DNA of 64,000 nucleotides from Bilabrum cf. latius (taxonomy: Eukaryota). Position 1 is the first letter of the stretch. Every line of letters starts with the position of its first letter. This document shows positions 36,774 through 48,200 of this stretch, piece by piece. The stretch lies in assembly GCA_965178125.1 (NCBI GenBank), contig OZ237760.1, positions 1-64,000 on the forward strand. The letters run 5' to 3'. Both the position numbers and the translations under genes were made by a program. Under the pieces are notes generated by a model. It was not told the DNA's origin, searched no databases, and saw only the letters and a program-made list of their open reading frames with translations.

Positions 36774-37880
36774 ATGAGCACTGACGCGGCACGCACGGAC
36801 GATGATGCTCAGTTTGACAAGCTCGAGCGCATGTACGCTCGGTACAAAGCCAGCCTGGCCGAATTCAATGAAGTTTCGATTGTAGACTTATTGTAGCAAT
36901 CAACAGACGGTCCCATATTATTGGTGGATTGCCGAATGTCGAATGAGCAGGCGATATCGATGCTGCCGGGCTCAATTACGCAGCCCAGTTTCGATGCATT
37001 GCTTGCCAAAGTAACTTCCGACCGTCCCTGTAAGGAGGGCCTGCTAAATATATCAAAATCGTTGGCTGCATATTCAGGGGCTGATGCGGTTAGGATCGTC
37101 TGCTATTGCACGATCGGGTATCGCTCCGGTACGGCTGCAACAAAGTACGCCAGCATGGGGCTCGCGGCTAGTAATATGACTTATTCTGCCCTGGGATGGA
37201 CGCATGCCCATTTACCACTGGCAGAGCCGCCAGCTGGTATGCTTGAGCCACACCAGTCCTGCTGTTGGATGCCATGGCTTTGCGTCCGATCGAGGTGCTG
37301 CTTGCCCGAGGCGCCAAGCTCGCCCGGGCCCGACCTTGTCCGCGCCCGGCTGCGTTTGCCTGCTCCCACCACAAGGAGGATATAGTAGCATGAGAGCGAT
37401 GAGGGCCACCGTGAACAAAGTGCAGCCGCGCCAGTAGCCAAGCCGGGTCCCAGTACATGTGATGACAAGCAGCCTGCCACATCAGATAAACAGGCCGGAG
37501 CGGCGCAGGGTCTTCTCGAAGTAGACATGCTGGTTCCACCAGCATGGACCACATCTCTTTCCTAGAGCGAGGGGCCGGGTCCGAGTACATCGCGAGGGGT
37601 GGGTGCGGCACTGGAGGATGAAAACAGGCACGTGCACGCCGGTGGGGGGAGCGGGTCCGGGTCCAGCTAGGACGAGCCAAGTCGCACGCCGGTTTCCACT
37701 CCGAGCAAAGCGAGCAGCAGCGCGGCATGTGGTGGCACAGGACCAGCGCATAGCCCCAGTATCCCCCGCACGCCGGTCTTGCCAGTGGTGCGGTTCACGC
37801 CCACTCGCAGACTGCACGTGCTGGCGAGCAAATGGGCCCTGCAACCTGCTGCCTACGAGGCCGTGACCTTGCTGGGGTGA
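36774..37880 (+). CDS. Rhodanese-like domain protein with low-complexity insertion, about 368 aa
   Basis: LLVDCR...EQAISMLPGSI, IVCYCTIGYRSG, LGWTH and C-terminal TRRLHVLASKWALQPAAYEAV. Five TAG; TGA stop. Confidence 0.8.
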
Positions 37881-38106
37881 CCCCAGCACCCTTTGGACGA
37901 ATGAATAAACTTCCAAGACAGATATATTCGCATCAAGATGGCAAACACACGCAGCAGGCCCACGCTTAGGGGATGGTCGCTGGGGGGCTCCTCCATTGCC
38001 ACACTGGCCCTGTTCGGGTTTGTGCATGCATGCAGTGGTGCGCCCCGCGCCCTCGTCCCCGCCAATTCCAGAACCGTCACACTCCCACCACTACTTTCAT
38101 TCCCAT

Positions 38107-39073
38107 TCACACGGCCTTCTTCATGCGTCTTCCCCCCACCGCCGTGGGGAGCATGTGCCTCCTGCTGCTGGTTCCAAACCCGAACGAGGGCGCGGTCTTC
38201 TTGCTGCTGAGCACCTGCCGCCCGCTGCCCCCCATCGCAGAGGCGCTGCCCACAGGCAGGAATTCTGCCTTCTGCGTGGTGGTGTTGGGCCCCCTCGCGC
38301 TCAAGGCCCGCCCCATCCACAGCTTGGGCTGCGCGCGGGGCGCGCTGCCGAACGTGGCGCGGGGGGAAGTCGGTCGCCGAGAATCGGAGCTTCGAGCGCC
38401 CACGGAGCATTCAAAAGAAATCAAGCCAACAGTGGCCGTCGTTGGATCGGCCTGCAGCTTCGAGTGCGCCTTGGATAGAAACGTCCGGCCTGCTTTCTCT
38501 CTCGAGGCACGGCCGAAGGAGAAGGACGAGGCCGTCTTCTTGCGGCTGTCCACGGCGCGCTTGCCAATCGAATCGTGGTCAGGCGCGAGAAACTTGACGC
38601 CCAACGTTTCACGGCCGACCAGGCTCTTGCTGATTTCCTTGTCAACATGCAATTTATCGAACCCCGACCTGGAAGCCTTTCCTATGGAGAAAGCAGCACT
38701 GGACTTCTTGGTTGAACTTACCTGTCGACCAAGCCCACGCATACCCTGAGAAGATTCCGACTGGTAATCACCGGGCCCTGGGGTCTCCATGTGGCGCTCT
38801 CTCGGTGAGCTGCAGTTTCGCGAAGGAGGGGACATGTCGCAAGAGAGGCCGCGTACGAGGGTCGAAGTCACAACTGACAGCAAAACCGCGGATAGAACTG
38901 TGAGTCAGGCATATCAACACTGCAGAGTATGCTACCGGCGTGACGATTCATGGAATAACACTGCAATAGCGCCACATCGAATCGAGCCACCAGGTTCAAT
39001 TGGGTCAGTGCGATTTTCAAGGGTCTCACCTATTGTGCGGCTAAAGCGGACCCGAGAACTTGATCGGACTCAT
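38107..39073 (-). CDS. SHIPPO/ODF3-like PGP-repeat (flagellar microtubule-associated) protein, about 248 aa; predicted intron 38810-39029
   Basis: TPGPGDY plus repeated 'GRQV.S.KK(S/T)...FSFG...R' motifs. Exon 1 (MSPIKFSGPL*PHN) joins through a phase-compatible GT-AG intron. TGA stop. Confidence 0.7.
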
Positions 39074-39277
39074 TGCAGGCTTAGTGCGAGGCGACCCGGG
39101 TGCAGCTGCCATTCTATTTGCGGGGTTTACTGCCTGAATACTACCGATCCAAGCCGCCGCCTGGCTCGGTCGCAATTTGTGGTCGCAGATGCATTGCACT
39201 GCTGCCCACACAGATCTGGCGTTTGGGGCAGAGAAAGCTAGGTTCATAACTATTAATGTCCACGTAAGCCCGCGTTA

Positions 39278-42200
39278 ATGATGCAACGACATATCAGGTG
39301 GCGAGGAATACGCCTAGTATTGACGGCAGGCTCGGTTCGTCGCAATATGAGATCCTTTATGAGCTAGGCAAGATCTCGTGCCGGAAATACATTATGCACC
39401 CCACGCCAGGCCATGGCTATTCCATACAATGATGACCGGGATGATACAAAGAGCAGCAGCGTTGGAGTTCTTGGGTCGACTGCTCCTGGCCTTGCTCGTA
39501 GAGGCATCATCATGTGGGCCTTTCGTGGGGGAGCAGTCTTTGTCGTCGCCCTGGCAGCGTACGTGGCTGTCGAAGTCATGCGACGGTTGCCTTATTTTCA
39601 AAAAATGCGCATTCGGCAGAGGATTGAGCTCCCAGAGATTCGGAAGATGCAGCTCACTGCTAAGGAGCTGGAGCTTGACGAAACGCGAGAGCTTTGGCTT
39701 CAGAGGCCCCTGAAAGAAGTATTTTTGCGATCTGTTTTCGATTCAGATCCATCGGGCCCGCTACTGCTCACCGGTCCAGACGGATCCGGAAAGTCAGGCC
39801 TGCTCCGCCAGGTACTCACGAATCGACGCAATACGCTGTACTTGGATTTGCGCGAGAAGCCCGTATTGAACGGGCACGAGCTACTGGCCACGTTCGTAGA
39901 GCGGAGCGGCTATTTGATGCGCCCCCAAGAGCTGCTCGGCAGGGCCATCTTCGAGCGCGCGGCGGGAGGCGGCCGCGCGGGCCGCGGGGAGGACGACGCC
40001 GAGGCGGCCCTGTGGATGATTACAGAGGTGCTCAAGCAGATGCGCGCCGAGAGAGAACATCGTCGCAGAAAGAGGGCCATGGCGGCCCGCAACGTGGAGC
40101 GCGGCGATCTGGGCCTCGGGCTCCTGGCGAGAGACGCTGCCGAGGGGCGGGGGCGGGGGCGGGGAGTGAGACAGTGGATGTAGGGTGCCCGCGGTGGAGC
40201 CAGCGACGGCGGCAGCAGTGGGCCATCGGATGCATCGCCCCCCTCCTCCTATCGGTCCTCCAGCTGGGCCGAGACGGCGCTGCTGTGGCTCGTGCGTCGC
40301 AGCGCAGGGGCACCTTCTCGTCAGGAGCTGCTGTTCCGGTGGTACGCCATGGCGTTTGGAGCCGAGGAGGCGAGCAGGGCAGCGAACCGGGCGAGGAGGA
40401 GGGCCATGGAGGCGATCGCGCACGGGGGCCCCATGCTCCCCGGCGACGAGGAGGGGGGCTCGTCGGGGTACGGCTCCGTGGCTGCCTATCCGTACGGGCC
40501 CGAGGACTCGTTGTCCTGGAGCGACGAGATGCCCGTGCTGGCGCTGGACGAGCTGCACTACGTCAACTCGAGACAGGCGGCAGACGCAGACATGCGCCGG
40601 CTGCTCGACTGGGCGCTCTTTCTGACCGACACCCGCCTTGCCCACGTGGTGCTGTCGTGCCCCATCGACCTCGCCGAGCAGCTCGATTACCACCCGGGCT
40701 TCCACGTGCGTAGGATTCGGCTGTACATCGACTACGCCAGGACGACCAGCCTGAAGGAGTACTTCAAAGGGCCCGTTCGGCGCTTCCTGGAGGCGAGGGC
40801 AGGGCCCTGGGCCAAGGGCATCGGCCGGGATGGGGCAAGCGGTAAGCAGAGCGAGCGCACCACCGACAAGGAGGAAGGGGGGAGCGAGAGAGGTGCCGGC
40901 GAGAAGGGGGGAGTGCCTCCCGTCTCTGCATCGGCTGCATCGCACGGCACCGTCAGCAGCGGTGCCATGGGGGCTCGCAATGCGCTGCGCTTGTGGCGAG
41001 AGGCCCGCGGCCTGTCGTGGGACCTGGACGCAGACACAGGGGGCGAGGACGCTGCGTTCTTGCAGAGCAACGCTTTCCGGTTCCGGCCCTTGCACGCGCC
41101 TCCGGAGGTTAAGACGAGGCTGGGGATCGGATTCCAGGGGTTCGGGTCGGGTGGCGGTGGAGCGAAGGCTGCAGCTGCCGGCAGCGAGTCCTCCAGTGCG
41201 GGGGCAAAGAAATAGGAAGTATCCATCGGTGATGCCAAAGGTGGCTCCTCCACCCGCCCGGGGGATGCTTCGTCCAAGTCTGTGTCCAGCATGCTGGGCA
41301 TGCACGGGTCGTGGGAGCCCACTGCGCACCCCCACCGCCGTGCGCTGCAGCTGAGCGACGCCGAGGCCGACAGCATCATTTCCGTGGTGGGCGGGAACAT
41401 GAAGGACGTGGATACGGTCGTGCAGGCAGTTGCTGGGGGGCACGCATGGTCTAGTGTGGTGGGGCGGCTGGTGGCAGACTCGGTGGAGCTGGTGGAGGCT
41501 CTGCTGGAGGACGTACTCGAGGGGGCGCTGGCTGGAGGCGAAGGCAACGCGAGCAAGGGGCACGGCGGCGGGCTGGCAGGAGAGGGGCACGCTGCACCGT
41601 CAGCTGCTGCGCGCAGCGAGGCCTGGCTGCGCAGGCGGCACTCGCACCGCACTTCCATCGGCACATCGGCAAACGCTGCGTCCTCCGCGCACGACACCAG
41701 TCTCCGGGGCCCGGGGGGCGGGCCTCTCTCCCGCCTGCAGTTCCTTCGCCTGTTTCGTGTGCTAGAGGACTTGGCGGCCCGCAAGTACGTGAGCAGGCGC
41801 GACCTGACCGCCGGCCCGTTCGCTGGGTGCGGGTGGGAGCTGGACGCGTACGTGGACGCTGGTGTGCTCATCTGCGCCAACCTAAGGTCCTCGGTCAAGC
41901 TGGCCTCCACCGCAACAGTGTCGCCCGTGCAGCACAACACGGGCGCCGGAAGTGTCGAGACAGCTTCCTTCGCTCCATCGGGGGCCTCCACCGCGTTTGG
42001 GATCCCTGCGGCTGTCCCCCAACCTGCCGCCTCGGGCACCGGCGCTGACCTGCCTGCCTCGGGGCCGGGCCGGTTTGTCGGGGCCGCGAGTCCCCGTCTG
42101 AGGGTGGCCTTCCGCGCGGTGGTGCAGTCGAGGGAGGCGCAGGCGCTCCGGGCGAGAGTGCAGCGGGACGTGCTGGCGGGTGCGGCGGCAGAGCGCATGG

Positions 42201-42748
42201 TGGAGGTGGAGGCCATGCTGGCGGAGGCCCGGCAGGAGCGGGAGTTCTGGCTGAAGGAGGCTAGGGAGGAGGCCAAGGATCATGCGCAGGAGGACATGGC
42301 AAGGGAGGTGGGGGCGGCACTGGGGGCAGACGGTGATGGAGAGGGCGAGGGCGATGCAGAGGGCGATGGGGCGGACGCGTGGGGCTGGGGCGGTTCAGAT
42401 GTGCTGCGTGGCAGTCGCACTGCCAGGGGCCGGGGCCGGGCTCGAACAGCGCACGACCGTCTGGCCGAGTGCCGTGCCCGCGTGGATGCCCTGCTGCGTG
42501 AGAAGGAGGCTCTGCGGGTGCAGGTCTGGGAGCATGGGGATGAGGAGGGGAGTGGGGAGGGGGTTGGTGGGGCGGCAGGAGGTGCAGCTGGTATGGCGTC
42601 GGGGGAAGCTAGCGCTAACAGCTCATTCGCTGGTGGGATCGGGTAGCGCGGGCGAAGGGGCGGAGGTGCGGCAGACGCAACGTCTGCTGGTTCAGTACAG
42701 CGCGGGGTGGAGGGTGCGGGAGCTGGTGTAGGGGCAAGCAACGAATGA
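39278..42748 (+). CDS. Mitochondrial membrane P-loop ATPase resembling the YME2/RNA12 domain, about 1156 aa
   Basis: Arg-rich presequence, one TM helix, Walker A GPDGSGKS, Walker B VLALDE, 'LLDWALFLTDTRLAHVVL' and 'VVGGNMKDV'. Four TAG; TGA stop. Confidence 0.72.
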
Positions 42749-43047
42749 GTAATGAGGCCCGAATACACAATAGACTCCAGTATTTTGTGGATGAACAGCT
42801 TCAGCTTCGTGAATATCGCTGTCATTTCAACAGTTCAGCTTGTTTCTAGATACACCATAGCAGCTCTACTACTAGTCTCGTAAAGCCAATTGAGCTCACT
42901 GACTGGTAGATACAATCCCAGCTTTAATACCTGTGGAAATTCAAGAGGTCGTGCTCAGCTTACGACTGGGTTACCCAATACATTGGAATCGGATGTTAGT
43001 TAAGCCGACAGACTGCGTGTGATCGGGGCAGTGCACTTGACAGCCGA

Positions 43048-45093
43048 TCAGGCCGGGGTCAGCGTGACCTGCACGGATTCTCCTGCTGCTCTGCCCAACA
43101 TCCACCGAGCTGTTGGCACGAAGTCAACGAGCGCATACCTCGTGGCGTTCGCATTGGGCGCAGGCATCTCGTGCACGGTGTGTTGCAGCGCGCCCTGTGG
43201 CGAGACCTGCACACGGACCCCTCGAGGGTAGTGCAGGTCCAGGTTGCAGTACACGGTTGTGGTGCGGCCCGCTGGGCTGCTATCTTCTACTGCGCCGTGC
43301 TACCGGCTCGGGGAAGCGGGCACAAACTGCATCTGGAACTCGGCCGACTTGGTGTCGAAGCTCATGGACTGCAGGTGCCCTGCCACTGCCTGGGCAAATG
43401 TGCGGCTGAGCACCGCCACCTCGGGCGTGTTCACCTGCCCATCCGGCTGGATGGGGCCCCACCCCCACCCAGTGATCTAGATGAGCGGCTTGTACTCCCA
43501 ACCGAGCCAGCTGACGAGGTGCTGATCGGCCAGCTCCAGGGTATGCTGGATATCGGTGAGAGGGGACTGCACGGCCACGCCACTGGCCAAGCGCTTCTTC
43601 TCCTCCTCCTCCACCTCCACCTCCACCTCCGCTGCGCGCACGGCTTGCATCTCCTGCTAGACCATGCGTCCTATGGCTGCTTCGCTTGGCAGGCTCACCC
43701 CCGCGGCCGAGGCGAGGGCCTCCAGGTGAGCCCTCGGCCTCAGCGAGGCAGAGTCCCCTCCTGGTGCCCGGGCATCGCGCACTGCATCCACGGGCACATC
43801 GCCCAGGCTGCGAGCCACGGCTGCATCGCACGACGCGTGGTGCACTGCGATCACATCTTCCTGGCACTGGCCCCAGTGGCGGGAGGATGTGATGGACGCA
43901 CCTCCAGGGGGGCCGGCCTCTGCCCCGCACTGCATGGCCATGCGCCTGGCTGCCAGGCACAGCTGGGGTGCCGCGCGACGCGACACACCCGCGAGCAGCG
44001 ACTGCCTCCGGCGACGGTCCCGGCCCCTGGGACTGCCCGCTGGAGCACCGCTCGGCGAGTTTCCGATGTCGAACTCTGTCAGGAGGGGCGCCGCCCGCAG
44101 CCTGGCCCAGTCCTCTGCCCTCGATTCGAACTGCAGCGAGGCGTTGAGGTTCACGTTGCCGTAGTAGTGGAAGGAGAGGCCCGTGTTGGGGTCGCTCCCA
44201 GGGGTCTCGTTGAAGCCCACGGGAAAGAAATCGTCCCAGGTGACGCTCTCAAACAGGATGGCGTGCTAAGAGTCGCCCCTCCGGATGGCCCCCTGCACCC
44301 GGTCGTACAGCGGCTGCAGGTTGAGCCGGTCAGCGATGCCTGGCACCATCAGGAACGGGTCCGCGTACCAGTCGCCCGCCCATGGCTCGTTCATGATCTC
44401 GTGTCCGATCACCCCACTGCTCGCATTGAAGGCCCTGGCCACGGCGGTCCAGAAGGCGTCGAAGTTGTCGCCGGCTCCTTCGGTGTTCGAGTAGATCTAC
44501 TGATAGCCTGAGCTGCCGCTTGCGGTGGCCTGGTACACGCCCCACGACTAGTTAGCGCACTGCTCTGGGGACGGTATTCCTGTCGAGCTGTTGATATTCT
44601 CGAATGGGGACGCAAACGGCCAGGGCAAAGCGTAGTCGCCGCTGACCAGCTGCAGCTCCCAGTCTGGCGCGCCCTCCCCACAAAACTTCGGCGACAAGCA
44701 ATCTTGGTGAAAATCAACCAAAGTGGAGATATTATGGAGTTCAAGATCATCTGTTATTTCTGTCATGATGCTGAGATATGTCGCGTTATCACGAACGGTC
44801 TCGTTGGGTGCAACGCCTGGCCACATCACGCCCAACCTTACTCCGTTGAGACCCCACGATTGCAGTAGCTCCATGTCGTACCTTGAGAGAGACTTCTAAG
44901 CATCAAAATGGTTCCTCTCTGGGTACCATGGCCATGCCTTGTACACTACGTTCACGCCATGGAAAAAAAGCTCTCGATCGTAGCAATCGACCCACCTCTG
45001 AGTGCTCGACTCCTGACGAATAGGACAGTTGGTGGCACCGTACGCCGCAAGTACACACAATAAGCAAATAATAGGTCGTTCCAGCCAGCTCAT
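43048..45093 (-). CDS. Secreted glycoside hydrolase family 5, endoglycoceramidase-like, about 681 aa
   Basis: Signal peptide; RELFFHGVNVVYK, WGLNGVRLGVMWPG, VDFHQD..S.KFCGEG.PDW, acid/base GHEIMNEPW, FHYY, nucleophile PLLTEF, SWLGWEYK and SRTFAQAVAG. Seven TAG; TGA stop. Confidence 0.92.
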
Positions 45094-45260
45094 TGGGTTG
45101 GGTGCGAATCAATTTGGCTTATTATTTTTTCACACGAGTATTTGTTGCGTGTAGTTATCCTTGGCACATTATGGATCGCGGTTTTGCCACACCTCCACAG
45201 GTGATCATCTGAGACAGTTTTAGAATATCCGGTTATTTTTTACAATCTGGTTTAGTGGCT

Positions 45261-48200
45261 ATGCAGCACTTGGTGTATCCCCCGGAGGTGCTCGCGAGCA
45301 GCTCGCCGACGATTGCAGTCGTTGGCGAAGCGGGGTGGACGCCGCGACTGACGGAGCTCCTGCAGGCCGCTTCAGACGAAGAAACGTCCGGGTTGCGCCG
45401 CAAACAGTTGGGTGATGCGCGCCGCCGCGCCCGAGTGGCTGCCGAAGGGGCTTCACCGATGTCTGGCAAAGCTGCCACTGAGGATCATACGCCGGGCCCG
45501 CACCGATTGCCGCAGTCTTCGCCGTTTCTTGCACCGGCCTCAGAAGGAGGAAGCAGACCAGGCGGCGTTCCTTTTCTGTACGTGAGGCGCCGCAGCAGGA
45601 ACGCCATCATGGACGCCACTATCGATTCCTCGTCTGCTTTCGTGTCCCAGTGGCTGGAATCGGACGCATCCTCGGCGAGGTCCGGCGGGTCGGCCCTGTC
45701 CGCTCTCGCCCATCCCCGGGGAGCCAGCGAGTCTAGGAGGCGGGACCACTCGTTGGATGAGTACGGGCAGGGCCAGTACGGCGGCGGCGGCGGGGTCCTT
45801 CGTCGGTCGTGGCTGCCGAAGCACCACTCCCGGTCGGGCGGCGTGCCTCTGCTCCTGGTGGCGGCGTACCAGTTCAACCCAGACGGACCCCTGTCCCAGT
45901 GGGAAGTGGAGAGCGGCGCCATCGCGCAGGAGGTGGAGGGCCTCCGCGCCAGAGCGCAGGGGAGGGCGGGTGACCTCCACGTGGTGCTGGTGGCGGCGGG
46001 GGCGGGGGAATCCACCGCCACCCTTGGGGTCAGAGCCAAGGAGGACGTGGAGAAGAGGCTGGCGCAGCTGAGGATGAAGACGAGGCTGGGCAGGCGACAG
46101 CTGCACCTGGTGATGGGCGGAGATTGCGGGGGCTCGCTCAGTGCTGTTGCCAGGTCGCTGGATCTGGCACAGGCAGGCAGCGCGCAGGAGGCGGCGGCCG
46201 CTGGGGCGAAGCCGGCCGCGGCATGGTCGGCGCGAGGGGTGGACCCCAGGTCCCTTTCGGACGCTTTTCGCGGCGTGGAGCGCGCCATGCGCTCGGCTGC
46301 CATGGAGCTGGTGTACCAGCGGCTCGAGGGGCTGCAGCTGCGGACCCTTCGGCTGGTCAAGGGGCCGCAGGTGGCGGTGGCGGTCCCAGGGCTGGCGGTG
46401 GGCCACGTGGCGCTGGCTACTGGAGTGGCTGTCCGGGCGAGTGGGTTGGTCCTAGGAGGGGACTCGTGGCAGGAGCTGATGCGCGGGGTGGCTCGTTTGG
46501 CGTGCGAGGAGTGCAACAGGGGTGTGGGGCGCGCGGAGGGCGAGTTCCTCGGCCGAGGGTGGGCCCTGCTGCGGGAATGGGTAGAGACCAGGGCAGCGGG
46601 GGGAGCAGGGGCGGGCGGGGCGGGTGCTCGGCTGGCGGGGATAGTGGACCTGGGCCAGGCACCGCTGCTGGCGAGGTGCCGCTTGCGGATGGCGAGGCTG
46701 CATCAGCAGAGCGGAGACAGGGAGCGGACGTTTGCCGCCCTCAGGCAGGCGCTCAACTCGCTGGCGAGTCTCAGACGAACCGCAGACGCAGCCGGGCAGG
46801 AGGCAGGGGCCGCCCTTGCCCTCGCCATGGCTCTGTGCGCGGTCGAGGCCAAGCATGCGCAGGGAGCAGAGTCGCAGTCGGAGCAGGACGGCGCGCATGC
46901 TCAGTTGGCAGCCAAAGCGGGTGCCTGGCTCCTGCACAGCGCATCCGCTGTGGCTGTAGCGGGTCAGGCGGCGTGGGCTGCGGGTCTGTGCCTGCTGCGG
47001 CTACAGCGGCTGGCGCTCGAGTTCGGGGACGTGCGAACTGCATCCAGCACTCACAGGCAGCTGGTGTCCGTGTTTGCCCCGGTTCCCACAGGCCTGCGGC
47101 CAGCTGCAGCGTTGCTGGATCGGCTGCCTGCCCAACCGACATGGTCGGTTCATGACACAGGTGGTGCATCGGGTGCATCGAGCGAAGAAGCGGGAGGAGG
47201 CAAGGAGTCTCCCAGTGCGTGCTGGAGCATGAGCCAGGCCGCGGCATCGCTGCGCGCTCTGGCCGCCGCCGGAATCGCGCAGCACCACAGGTGGGTGGGG
47301 GCCGTGCGCGCAATTTGGGCTGAATGGCTGCAGGTGGACGGGTGGGCCGGCGGGCTAGGGCCCGGGTATGCGCCTCCAGGGGCGAAGGGGCACCCTTAGC
47401 AGCTCGCATTTGTGCTTGCGAAGCAGGGGCACAAGCTACTAGCGGGTGAGGAGGGTCGTTCATGGGAGGAAGCAGTGGGGCTTGGCCCAGGCCGGGAGGC
47501 CGAGAGAGACGGCGGGGATGCGGCGGGCAGGCGCAGGCTGGCCCGGCCCGCGCCCTCGGAGGCCCGGCCCGGAGCAGCCCCCACGCTTGCGCTTCGGCCG
47601 TCCGTCCTGTTCGATGCCGCGGCCGAGTCTGCAAGTGCTGAGCTCGGAGCTCTTGCTGCTGCCGGCCTGGCAGACTTGCCTCACAGCGGCGCACATATGC
47701 GTGCTGGTGCTGCAGGGCAACAGCAGGGTGCATTTGAGGGGCTGACCCGCATGGCTCGTGCCACGGTGGAGCGCGGCCAGCGACAAAGACTATTTGACTC
47801 GGCAGTGGCGGCATGCACGGTGGCCATTTAGCTGGAGGGCCAGCGCTCCTCGGGTGGGGCGGGGACGGGCGCTGGTTTAGCTGCGACCGCATCGGGTTCC
47901 GGCGATTCCGCAGCCAACGTCTGGGGCCCAGCCGCGTGCTCCTCGTCGTTCTGCGGATCGCCACCACTAGTCATCATGCTGCCAAGACCCTCGGACGGAT
48001 CGGACCAATCGGCCTCGCCGTCCGCGCGGGTGGCAGCAGCGGATCCGCACGCGCCCGCTGACGCCGCCGTCGTGGCCATGTGGCGCAGCCCTCAGTCCGC
48101 TGGCATGCTGGCCTGCGCGCTGCAGCTGCTGGCCGCTCGATGGGCGGCTGACAGCACCGCTCCGATTCTGGCACTGCAGCACGCCGCGGATGGGCAGCAC

